64,000 bases of DNA, taken from contig NC_043001.1 of NCBI RefSeq assembly GCF_006345805.1, positions 43,896,001-43,960,000 on the forward strand, given 5' to 3'. Positions 12,005-23,407 of this stretch are shown piece by piece; position 1 is the first letter of the stretch; each line of letters starts with the position of its first letter. The notes beneath the pieces were generated by a model. That model ran no database searches, was not told the DNA's origin, and worked only from the letters and a program-made list of their open reading frames with translations. The position numbers and the translations under genes were made by a program. The stretch is from Octopus sinensis (Eukaryota).

Positions 12005-12730
12005 TCTATAAAAGGGAGGATGTGTGTGCGTGTGTGAGTGTGTGTACATGATTGTAATTTATGCACGTTCACAAATTAGCACGCATGTCGCTCCAATTTT
12101 AGGAGGACATTTGTCAATATCCTATCTGGGTTTTGTCAACTTATTTTTTTCCCCGAGGCACCCGTGGGTAGCGTAAATATCTATTTTCAGACATAGCTTT
12201 TAGCCACGAAAAATATTAGCCTTGGCTTTTTTGATGGCGTCTAACAAAAAAAAATAAGATAAAGAAAAGTGGAAGAAGGAGGCAGAGAGTTTCACGGGAA
12301 AGACAAAGTGAGAGAGGGAGAGAGAGAGAGTAAGTTATGACGTTCATAAAAAATAAAATGTAAGATGTTTTGTTTTTTGTTTTTGAAAGACACTATATTT
12401 TATAATCATAGTATATATACTTTAGTGAAAATCGTGCGAGTGTTAATCTACAAATTTAACAACATTTTTTCCATTCATTTCTGTTTATAAACATGTATGC
12501 GTGCACAAAGCATGCAATAGGTGTACGTACGTACGTGTGTGTATGTGTGTTCGTGTCTGTTGTCCATATATATTTATATTATACTATATATATATATATA
12601 TAATATAACTAATTTCAACGGATTTTGCCCAAATTTGACGTCTATATTACTTAGTTTGGTTTGAAATAAAGAACTTGATTAGCTTAATAATCGTAACTTA
12701 ATCCCGGGCAAGGCCGGGTTATACTGCTAG
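12005..12730 (+). mobile_element. non-autonomous Helitron-like element
   Basis: A|TC start, subterminal hairpin CCCGG-GCAAGG-CCGGG, CTAG|T end. Confidence 0.6.
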
Positions 12731-12769
12731 TATTCAATAATTTTGTTCATTACATTCCAATGTGCATGC

Positions 12770-12779
12770 ACACACACAC

Positions 12780-12847
<68 letters not shown>

Positions 12848-12960
12848 GCCTGCCTGCCCGCCTGCCTGCCTGCCTGCCTGTCTGTCTGCCTGTCTGTCTG
12901 TCTATCTGTCTGTCTGCCTTCCTGTCTGCCTTCCTACCTGTCTGTCTGTCTGTCTATATG
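12770..12960. repeat. compound tetranucleotide array (TATC)n-(TGCC)n-(TGTC)n
   Basis: direct inspection. Confidence 0.95.
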
Positions 12961-13225
12961 TGTATATGCACGAAAGTATATATATATATGTTGCGTTTAC
13001 ATTCTTTCCTTCTACCAAGAAATCTAATGCCCACAGCTTAGTTTTTTCCTTGGGGCTGGCCGAGTTGGAGCAAATATCAGAATTAAACAGCCAAAATTTG
13101 CCATGATGATTCGGTTTCTGACTGAAGATTGAATGCTTCGAATGACTTGTCTGTTTTCCGTGTTCGACCCTTTGTGTATTTCACGTTCTTTATATATAAA
13201 TTTTATTCCTATATATATATATACA

Positions 13226-14325
13226 CTAGCTGATTTACCCACTAATACCTGGAAAAGCGGGGATTATTTCCAGTTCCCGTTCCCATTACACTGTTTCATG
13301 TCCTATTCCGTTCCCTGTTCAGTTCCTGTTTTAGTTCCGCTCCCATTCCTACCTCCAATCCTATGTCAATATATAAATTTTGGAATCAATTAGATGTAAT
13401 TAAGCCATTAAATATTTTATTAACCTTTATGGTAATAGTTTATTGGTAAAAATAGGTATTACAAACTATTAATACGATTAGTGGGTGAATAAGGAATGTT
13501 CCTATATTATTTCAATAAACGAAGAAATACCGGGAAAGCGGGGGTTATTCCCAGTTCCCATTTACCATTACACTGTTCCATCTCCTATCCCATTTCCTGT
13601 TCAGTTCCCATCTTTATGCCCAACCCGTCGTTTATGGTAATAACTTAATGCTAAAAATAGGTATTACAAACTATTAATTCGATTAGTGGATGAATAAGAA
13701 ATCTCCCTATATTATTTTAACAAACCAATATGCATCTGAATAAAATAAAATAAATAGTTAGATTTACAAGTACATTGACAAATAGTCTGCATATTGTAGC
13801 TGGCGCTGTCGTGTGTCGTAGCGTGGCCCCATCACGCTTTGCGCAATAAAAATGATTAAGATGTTATGGTGATTTGAATTTAATTCATCAAATTAATCTC
13901 ATGGTGAACCAGCTTCCAGGTCATTGGTCATTACATTGTTCTATGTCCTATCCATGAATCCTGCAGTTGAGCGTGTCCTTAATGTGACCTTAGTGTGATG
14001 TATAGGCGTTGCATGCAGAATTGTTTTCCTTTTGGAAAGCTGAGTTGTTCTCACAAAAGTCACATGCTGTTTACATGAAGGAGTGCACGGGTGAGCCTTA
14101 CAGAAGCCTTACTTAATTCATATCAGTTGATGTGTTGTTGATTTGTAAATAAGTGCTACAGCACCCACTTAATGGGCCCATTATAGATTTTTATTGAAAT
14201 CTAATTAGCCTATAATTCAACTGGATGTTAGTTTAACATGCATGCAAAGTTTTGTCAAGATTGGTTCACTGGTGTAGGCAGCAAGATGGTAGCAGACAGA
14301 CAGAAATTGCCATTTGTGTATAAGA
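13226..14325 (-). mobile_element. non-autonomous Helitron-like element with internal duplication of about 200 bp
   Basis: minus strand A|TC...CTAG|T; internal repeats about 13248-13500 and 13530-13720; hairpin poorly preserved. Confidence 0.45.
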
Positions 14326-14346
14326 TTTATGTATATGTGTATGTAT

Positions 14347-14386
<40 letters not shown>

Positions 14387-14418
14387 ATATATATATATAT
14401 GTATATGTGTGTGTGTGT

Positions 14419-14451
<33 letters not shown>

Positions 14452-16996
14452 TATATAAATCACTTGCACTAGTTAATCACCATATACAAAGCCCAATGTT
14501 ACTACTAAATACATTATCTTTAATATAACTTATTTGCACTTGTGTAAAATATATTATGTGTAGACTAATCTGTGGTTGAATCTGGAATTGTCTTTGACAT
14601 TTAACTTCAATGTGAAAAATAAAACTGGAGATCTGATAGGGAATTGATACTTTGCTACATTAACCATTATGCTTCTTGCAAAATATTCTATATAATGTAA
14701 TACTGTATAATATTTTTAATAATAATCTTTATAATAACATTCTAAATATAAGCTGTATTGGATTCAGAATTTGAAAATCTTTACTTATATGTATTGGGGT
14801 CAGAAGAAGAAAGTACTTTCAGATCTAGTTGTAGTTTTGCTAAGCAGCTTTATTAGTAGTGGATTTTAAGATTATAATCTATAATGTTAATCACCAGACT
14901 TAGATAAGATTTTAGGTTGAAATGCATTTTAGATTACATTTTAGGATGAGTTTGTTTTTATTGTCCTTTGAATAGCTTGTGCAACCTCCAGCAGAAATTT
15001 CATCAGATTCTGAATGAAATCCGTTTGGTTGAAAGATTCTCCTGGATAAGAATCTACTTTCTAATGTGTTTATTTATAGAATGTTGGTTTCATTTTTATG
15101 TTGTTTGAAGAGGTCTTCCATTGCCTAAGAACAATGCATTAGCCATGTCTCAGATGTAGATTCGTAGTTCAAGCTTATTAGATGTCACGAAGTGCAACTG
15201 AATTGGCTCCACCACCCACCTACCTCCACCTTCACTTATGCAATTATAATAATCGGACCATACTCTAGATATAGTTGATAATCCTTTATCTGATATACCT
15301 GACACTGGAAATGCCTCAGATTTCGGATTTTCTTCAAATCTCGGAATACTTGGATATTTGCACCTTTAAAATACACCTTGGGCATAAGAAGATGCTCCTG
15401 TTCCCATTCAAGTCTTACACATTATCCATTTGCATTTCCAGCTAGGGCTTATATATACGTTAATATAGAACAATGAGAATGAGTACTCAACACCTCATTG
15501 GTGGATAAAAAGTATTTATTCATGCATTAAGACTACCACTGGTTTCATGTTAAGGGGCGTCACTCAACCATTATCAAGCCTGTCATATGGAACATCAGTG
15601 TTTGTCTCCATTTTGTGGAGGGACTTCCCTAAACATGAAACCAACGGTAGCCTTAACCCGTATACATATGTGTGTGTGTGTTTGTGTATGTGTACGCATG
15701 TATGTATCCATAACACAAAAACAGCAAAGTTTACTCATAATTTATTTAAATAATTTATCAACAAACATAGAATATAACTATGTGAAATAATTAAGTGAAC
15801 ATCAAATTGATTATTAAAAGCAAATGTCCAAACATTACCTGAAAGCTGAAAAAAAATCATTTCAGTTGTCATATGGGTTACAGAAAAAGGGCCCAGGACA
15901 CAAACATCAACTCCCATCCCACTTGCATCTCAGCTCTAACCACATTCTATAGGCATTTATCTCTTACACCATTAAGGCACTCTGATCCTTGCCCAAGGAC
16001 AATAACTCTAGACGAACTTCCCTTTAGAACTACTTCCACGATTTTTTTCGTTTCTGGTTTTTGATAACATCCACAAACTTCATGACCACTGATAGGAAAC
16101 AACCATCACCATACTCTTCTTATCAGCTCTACTGATGCGTTTAGGTTTTACCCAAGTTCGAGTGTGCAAAACTGACTGGTAAAATTGGCTAAAGTAGATC
16201 TAAAATACTTTTTTGTATGTAGACTTCAATGTCTTTGTGTGTAACATCATCATCATCAAAGATAAATGAATTGTGCTCCAATGTGAACCATATTTTAACT
16301 TTACGAAGAGCCAGCTGCCTAAGTATTTTCTTGCCCAACAGGGAAAAATCTAGTGTTTAGGGTGCAGTTTTGGTTATATTAGGTATGTTTGGTTATCATA
16401 AATACTTATCAGGGAGTGTAAGTTTTAAGGTTCTAGTGTATTGAGATGCTTAGGTTGCATGTGAATGACAGCAGTGTGTAGAAGATTAAAGATAAGTTAT
16501 GGCTATATCAGCTACACACAAATGTTGTTAAAAATAATAGGGAAAAAGTCACTATTGAATAGAGAAGAAAAAGGGAGACAGAAACACACCAGAATTAGAA
16601 GTGAACATTGATATACCCAAACATTGATATTCCCAAACATGGAGACCTGGGCCAAAATTTAAATCTGATTTGTCCCACCCATGCCATGATGATGATGATG
16701 ATGATGATGATACTCAAAATTTTAGGGCAGGTGAAATGTCTTTCTCAAATGCATCAATAAAAAAGGTAAATTGGAAATAGTTTCAACAGTTTCTTGAAAC
16801 TATATCAGATCTTTAACTGCCTGAGAATTCTATGCCACTTACCACTATTTTAGGAGAAAAATATCAGAAAACTATTTGGCTAGGATAAGACATTTATTGA
16901 TAAAATATTTCAAACATACTAAGAAATACGGTTCATAAAAATTAATGAACAGTTAGCAGTGCGTGGATATAAATATGCCATAGAAATGACATGAAA

Positions 16997-17002
16997 TTTA
17001 TT
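16997..17002 (-). other. candidate polyadenylation signal for CFAP126
   Basis: AATAAA on the minus strand about 60 nt after the stop; AT-rich context makes this weak. Confidence 0.3.
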
Positions 17003-17063
17003 TTCAAAGCTTTTGGCAATAACTGGGCAGTTTAAGATATTTATCAAGATTGGTTGGAAATGA

Positions 17064-17348
17064 CTAATGAACAGAGGAAGATTTTGATTCTGGTCTCTCG
17101 CAGGGTTTTGGAGTTACAGATTTTGCCTCAGTTGCCTGGACATTAGCAGCAGATTGGCGAGAACTACATTTAGATTCAATATCAGTTGGTTTTTCATCAG
17201 TTACCAATTCTCCTATTTTTTCTTCTTTAATTTGTTCAGGCTGATTTGTTTCTGGGGTTTCAGTGCGAGGTAAGCAATCTTTTGCAACAGCTGGTTCTGG
17301 TTTTGGTACATAATTTTTTTTCATTTTTTTGTTAGCATTTTTTAAGGC
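17064..17348 (-). CDS. CFAP126: CFAP126 exon 5, terminal (ALKNANKKMKKNYVPKPEP...SSSVH*)
   Basis: ttgtag acceptor at 17350-17349; open frame to TAG at 17066-17064; charged low-complexity tail as in other Flattops; total CDS 609 nt = 202 aa + stop. Confidence 0.82.
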   Translation of the reverse strand, partial: ALKNANKKMKKNYVPKPEPAVAKDCLPRTETPETNQPEQIKEEKIGELVTDEKPTDIESKCSSRQSAANVQATEAKSVTPKPCERPESKSSSVH

Positions 17349-18419
17349 CTACAACAGAAAAAAAGTTCGCTATATTAATAGATTGCTTCACAAAGTAATA
17401 AAACACACACACACACACACCCACCACACACAAATCCACGTCACAAATCCACTGCAGGGTAATTCCTAGCAAACATCTAACTCAATAATTCTTGTATGCA
17501 TCCAATTCCCCAACCATCTGATACTGATGATAAAGTAAAACCTTGAGCTAGATCTAAATTAGATCAATGACCCTTATAATCCTTTAAACATGAAATTAAA
17601 TAAAGCACAATAGAAACAATTAAAACTAGACCTAACCTTCCCCGACCACATACATGCACACACACACACACATACAACATACACACACACCCATGTTTAC
17701 ATAGGAGACAAATCTCCGACAAAACATGTGACAGATTAACTAAAGAATGAAGAATACAATAAAAAAAACATGAAATTTGGACTAAGTATGGCAAGAGGAT
17801 TAAAAATACTAAGAGACATGCATGAGTGTCTCTGTATACACATGGTGATTGTTCCTTCTTTACAGATGATTGCCATCACCATGTGCCTCCTTGTTGTCAA
17901 TGGCATTTCTGACATAACATCTCTAACCTCTCAGATGACTATTCAGTCCCATTGTAGATCTGCATAGTTTGAAGGGAAGTCGACAAGTGAAAGTTGTAAT
18001 TTACTGTGTGCTTCCAGCTGGTTAGATTTGCACTCATTGTCAATCTTCTGTCGCTATAAGACTTTCATTAGATGGAACGACAGATGAAGTCACCATAAAG
18101 AGACATCTGTATGTCACTGGATTATGGTGATGAATGCTTGTACAACACAAATGCCAATGTTTGGCGACCGCACTGCTACTGGTGCTACATAAAAAGTGCT
18201 CACTGCGCTCTGTGAAGAGGTTGGCTTTAGGAAGGGCATCCAGTCATCGAAACCATGTCGATGCAGATAATCAAACATGACACAGTCGTCTGACTGGCCA
18301 GCTCTTGTCAAACTATCCATCCCATGCTAGTATGAAAAAAATGGGCATTAAATGATGATGATGATGATGATGATATATATATATATATATATATAGGAAA
18401 AAAGAATTCTCTGATGTTT

Positions 18420-18507
18420 TTTCGGCTGACGAGTACGAGCCATCTGTATTTACTGCATTTTTTGTAGCTTATTAAAGATGTCTTCATACGAAACAATTGT
18501 ACCGAGA
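18420..18507 (+). ncRNA. type I hammerhead ribozyme H1
   Basis: UUUCGG CUGACGA GUACGAG..UUCAUAC GAA ACAAUUGU A CCGAGA; intact core, one stem II mismatch, GUA triplet. Confidence 0.78.
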
Positions 18508-18655
18508 TTTTAATCCATTCTTGTTGCTTTTTTCCTATTTGTAATCACCCCACTTGTCGTATGGTTAACACCATATAGATTTCCGGTGCATCCTAGTTAA
18601 GGACCATATTCATGTGAATTCATTAGAATTCACTTGAATCTCAATTACTTAAACC

Positions 18656-18707
<52 letters not shown>

Positions 18708-18855
18708 GGTTAAGTAATTGAGATTCAAGTGAATTCTAATGAATTCACATGAATATGGTCCTTAACTAGGATGCACCGGAAATCTATATGGTGTTAACCA
18801 TACGACAAGTGGGGTGATTACAAATAGGAAAAAAAGCAACAAGAATGGATTAAAA

Positions 18856-18943
18856 TCTCGGTACAATCGTTTCGAATGAGGACATCTTTAATAAGCTACA
18901 AAAAATGCAGTGAATACAGATGGCTCGTACTCGTCAGCCGAAA
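18856..18943 (-). ncRNA. type I hammerhead ribozyme H2 (sense to CFAP126 pre-mRNA)
   Basis: UUUCGG CUGACGA GUACGAG..CUCAUUC GAA ACGAUUGU A CCGAGA; intact core, two stem II mismatches. Confidence 0.72.
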
Positions 18944-19353
18944 AAACATCAGAGAATTCCCAAACATCAAAAGGGGTAGATACAAAAGTTCAAGACTTTT
19001 CATCGGATCTCCAAGAATCGAACTTATCTGCGATTCTTGTAAATTTCAATAACAATCTGTTCCTCTACACGATATGACAGTCACTTTGCTTTTTACTCAG
19101 ACTTTCCTCTACACGATATGACAGTCACTTTGCTTCTTACTCGGATTTTCAGAAATTTTGCATGACTGTATCCGAAAATTTCTTCACACAACTTGATTAG
19201 CAATTCAATATGAGCTATATGTAGACATGCACAAATTCTGTAAGTTTAAAACCTTTCATCGGATCTCCATGAATCGAACTTTCTTCAATGCAGTTAATCT
19301 TACACCCTCTTTTGTATCTACCCCTTTTGATGTTTGGAAATTCTCTGATGTTT

Positions 19354-19441
19354 TTTCGGCTGACGAGTACGAGCCATCTGTATTCACTGCATTTTTTGTA
19401 GCTTATTAAAGATGTCCTCGTACGAAACGATTGTACCGAGA
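19354..19441 (+). ncRNA. type I hammerhead ribozyme H3 (fully canonical)
   Basis: stem I UUUCGG/CCGAGA, CUGACGA, stem II GUACGAG/CUCGUAC (7 of 7 bp, extended by CAUCU/AGAUG), GAA, palindromic ACGAUUGU, A17 = 19435. Confidence 0.87.
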
Positions 19442-19469
19442 TTTTAATCCATTCTTGTTGCTTTTTTCC

Positions 19470-19537
<68 letters not shown>

Positions 19538-19915
19538 TTATAAGTAGAGGGTAATGATATGAGTGATAGAATGACTTTATAGCGGTTTTGGCTGCTATTT
19601 TTAACATGTAAGGGTATTGAGGGTGATAGCAGATAAGCAAGGTGTTAATGATATAGAACAGTACAGTGGGAGAAAGTGAAGAATGGAGACAATTAGTGTA
19701 GATAGTTGTGTGTGTGTGTGTGTGTGTATGTGTACACACATACACACACACAACAATTCCCTTTCTGTTTCTTTCTAAATCCACTTGCAAGGCTTTGACC
19801 AGCCTGGGGCAATAGTAGAAGACACTTGCCGAGGAACCTAAAACCACAAGCTTCTTAACCACACAGTCATTTTATATGAAGATACAAATGTCTTTCATTT
19901 TGAAAACTCTCTTAC

Positions 19916-20019
19916 ACCAAGGCTATATTCTTCCAATTGTTTATCAAAGTTTTTCTTCATGTTGCTTAAAGCTTTTACTGATTCTTGTCTCCGAGCAGTT
20001 GTATTCAGTCCAGAGCACC
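19916..20019 (-). CDS. CFAP126: CFAP126 exon 4 (GCSGLNTTARRQESVKALSNMKKNFDKQLEEYSLG)
   Basis: ttgcag/gtaaga sites, 104 nt, phase 1 in / 0 out; keeps the frame between exons 3 and 5. Confidence 0.88.
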
Positions 20020-20253
20020 CTGCAAAGTAAACAATTATGTATGAATTAAAAAAATTAAAATTGAAACAGCTTTTTACTGTTGTTTAAAAAAAAAAGAAAG
20101 AAAACAAAAAGAAAACAAAACAAAACAATTTCAAATATAATGCTCTTTTTCAATTGCTACAGTGCAAAAGTATTTATTGGATGTATAATGACAAAAAATA
20201 TCTGAGGTTTATTTCTAAGGAAGTTGTTTTAATTATGATCTTGTAATCTCATA

Positions 20254-20639
20254 TCTATTATATAAAATCCGTTCTGTCTGTCTGTGTGTGTGTGTCTTCT
20301 AGGATCTCGGGCATCCTCCATCCGATTGTGCTCAAATTTGATATGTAGATACTGACGGTATCAGGGCATGTATAAGTCTTGAAAAAATTACAAAAATCGA
20401 TTCCAGGTGAGAATGTGATCGATAAAGCCGTGGGAATGTGCATTTGTAAAATCGTTTTTCTTGGAATAGAAAAAAAGTCTATCTTTATTTCTTCTTTTGC
20501 TGGTGTCTGAAATTTAGGTTAAATCAGTATTTCGCAAAGGGGAGGTCTATGGGATGGTCAGACAAGTTGTTTTGAGAAAATTTGGTTTAAATGTTTGACA
20601 ACTCAGCACCGTCCATTGGACGGGGGCGTGTTTTGCTAG
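20254..20639 (+). mobile_element. non-autonomous Helitron-like element
   Basis: A|TCTATTATATAAAA start, hairpin CCGTCC-ATT-GGACGG, CTAG|T end. Confidence 0.7.
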
Positions 20640-20764
20640 TATAAAATATACAAGTAATCATAAGTTCCATGTTAGCTGGTATATAAGATGCACAATTTGC
20701 GAAAAAGTCTCAAAAAAATAACCCTATATCCTGTATACAAAGTTAGACCTTCCATTAGCTTTAA

Positions 20765-21308
20765 CCCTTTAACATTTAATCTGGCCATATTGAACTGGTA
20801 CTCCATCAATTATGACAACAAGGGTTCCAGATGATCCAATCAGTGGAACAACCTGTTTGTGAAATTAATGTGCAAATGGCTGAGTACTCCTCAGACACGT
20901 GTACCTCTAACCTAATGTAGTTCTTAGGGGGACTTAGCATGAAACAGAATGTGACAAGGCTGGCCCCTTGACATACAGGTACAACTCACTTTTGCCAGCT
21001 GAGTGGACTGGAGCAATGTGAAATAAAGTGCCTTGCTCAAGAATGCAACGTGCTACCAGGAATTGAACTCACAATCTTATGACTGTGAACCAAAAATCCT
21101 AACCACTAAACCATGCACCTTCACAAACTGACCATATTAGGCCTTGCTTTGTGTTTACACTGACCTCTCACACTTACTCTTCCGTGTCATTCTGAAAATA
21201 AACAATCACAACAGTGAAATCTTGAAACTATGAGATAATCTCTGATTAATTCAAAACAGTGTGGATAAATGGGGATTTACTTTTGACAGTAATCTGAATG
21301 CTAAAAGG
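20765..21308. mobile_element. piggyBac-like MITE with a nested SINE (about 20790-21125)
   Basis: TTAA|CCCTTTAACATT...GCTAAAAGG|TTAA. Confidence 0.55.
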
Positions 21309-21437
21309 TTAATGCACTAAAAAACTTTTTTTCTTGAATATGCCCTGCTGAATCAGGGTGGGGCATCTAATATACCTGTGTATCTTTTATGCATTCAAAT
21401 TCAGTTGACAGTTGTAAGCAAAATAATAAAAAAATAC

Positions 21438-21573
21438 CTGGTACTTTTAAAGGGAAATCCCAGGGATCAACGAAACTACCCCATGGAGAATTTTTTGAAC
21501 GCTTTACACCTTCAAGTAGATGACCGTCATTGTCTGCAATAATAACTGTGAATCCATCTTGTTGTTTTGGATT
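21438..21573 (-). CDS. CFAP126: CFAP126 exon 3 (NPKQQDGFTVIIADNDGHLLEGVKRSKNSPWGSFVDPWDFPLKVP)
   Basis: tttcag/gtattt sites, 136 nt; Flattop core motif GxTxIIAxDxGHLL..RSK..PWGSF..W..PLK.P. Confidence 0.95.
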
Positions 21574-21612
21574 CTGAAATAAATAGTTCTTTTGTAAGAT
21601 GAAGAAGAAATT

Positions 21613-21701
<89 letters not shown>

Positions 21702-22239
21702 GTGATAATAGACTGTAAAGATTGATCAAAAATATAAATTTGAAATAAATATTTCTGCAAACATAAAGGCTAGAGAAATAACCAGTGATTAAATTCGCTG
21801 AATCCTGTTTTTGAGAATACACAGCAAATATATGCAATTTTTAACTAGAGACAACTGTTCCAAAACAAGTCAGGAAAATGAAGAAAAAAAAAAAAAATAG
21901 AATTTCAAAATGTAACAAAATATACTTATTTTTAATAGTAGAACTAAAAGTAAATAAAACTATAAATAATTTTTCTCTAGAGGCACAAGGCCAGAAATTT
22001 TGAATGGAAGGTGCATGGAGCTAGTTGATTACACTGACCCCAATGTTCAACTGGTACTTATTTCATTAAGTCAGCCTTAGTGAAATTTGAACTCAGAAAG
22101 TAAAGACAGACGAAATGCTGCTTAAGCATTTTGTCTGCCAACTCACTGCCTTGATAAAGCTATTAATAATAGCATGTAAATATTGGGTTAAAAAAAACCC
22201 CAATATTTTACATGCTATTATTATTATTTATTAAGGTGG

Positions 22240-22830
22240 TGAGCCGGCATAATCGTTGGCACACTAGAGGAAATGCTTAATTGTATTTTGCCCAAGGCAG
22301 CGAGCTGGTAGAAACGTTAGCACGCTGTTTGAAATGCTTAGCGGTATTTCATCTGCCGCTACGTTCTGAGTTCAAATTCCGCCAAGGTCGACTTTGTCTT
22401 TCATCCCTTCGGGGTTGATTAAATAAGTACCAGTTACATACTGGGGTTGATATAATCGACTTAATCCGTTTGTCTGTCTTTGTTTGTCCTCTCTGTGTTT
22501 AGTCCCTTGTGGGTAGTAAAGAAATAGGTATTTTGCCCATTGACATATTCTGAGTTCAAATTCTGCCAAGGGCACCTTTGCCTTTCATCCTTTCAGGGTC
22601 GATAAATTAAATACCAGTCAAGTACTGGAATCGATGTGGTTGAGAATCCCCCTCCCCACAAATTCCAAGCCATGTGCCTATAGTAGAAAGGATTATTTAT
22701 AACTTTGTTTTCACAGTGGTTGACTTTACCTTCAATCTTTTCAGGGGGTGGTAAAATAAATACTATTTGAGCACTGGGGTCAATATAATCAACTAGCCCC
22801 CCCCCCATTTCACCCTTGTACCTATAAGAG
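22240..22830 (+). mobile_element. stacked copies of SINE family 2 (GAGTTCAAATTCCGCC...TTTCATCC..GGGGTCGATAAA)
   Basis: B-box-like GAGTTCAAATTC repeated; relatives near 22000-22170(-), 30110-30310(-), 45190-45300(+), 51800-51970(-). Confidence 0.75.
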
Positions 22831-23350
22831 AAAGGATTATTTATAACTTTGTGGTGCTGGTGCCATGTTAAAAGCACTAGTGCTGGTGCCATGTTAAAGG
22901 CACTCATGCTGGATCCATGTTAAAAGCATTGGTGCTTGTGCCACATAAAAAGCACATAGTACACACTGTAGAATGGTTGGTATAAGGAAGGGCATCCAGC
23001 CATGGAAACCATGCCAGAATAGGCAATGGAGTCTGGCGCAGTCCCTTTCCTGACCAGCTCCAGTCAAACTGTCCAACCCATGTCAGCATGGAAAATGGAC
23101 ATTAAATGATGATGATGATGATGATGATTGTCTAATTTGAGTTCCACCATTAAAAATGATTTATTTCATGCCTCTTGAAGATTCTGAATTCTTATGGTGT
23201 ACACAATATTTATTTTTATTTTCATTCCTTTAGACACCCTTACAGCATACGGCTGCAACAGTGTGAGAAACATAAAATTAAGTTACTTAGCAAAATAACA
23301 ATCATATTTAATTGTAAAGAAAATAAAGAAATGCTGAAAAAATTTTTTAC

Positions 23351-23407
23351 CTGGCTTAGTTTATTTGGAATCTCCCAACGATTTGATCGGCAGAAGGCAT
23401 CTTCATA
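23351..23407 (-). CDS. CFAP126: CFAP126 exon 2 (YEDAFCRSNRWEIPNKLSQ)
   Basis: ttacag acceptor, gtaaaa donor, 57 nt, phase 0/0; resembles YEKAF...NW of Flattop. Confidence 0.88.

Larger units (their letters stand above)
18394..19471. mobile_element. HHR-bearing inverted-repeat element inserted in (TA)n within CFAP126 intron 4 (Penelope pseudo-LTR-like)
   Basis: inverted arms 18404-18656 / 18707-18959 and 18825-18988 / 19309-19471, each carrying an HHR; flanked by (TA)n. Confidence 0.65.

Noticed and set aside
19215-19862. 215-aa minus-strand ORF inside CFAP126
   Set aside because: crosses (CA)n and (TA)n arrays and the antisense of HHR H3; not needed for the Flattop reading frame
22850-22950. 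CRISPR-like array of about 26-bp repeats
   Set aside because: head-to-tail without unique spacers, part of the RTE 3' UTR, eukaryotic context, no cas genes
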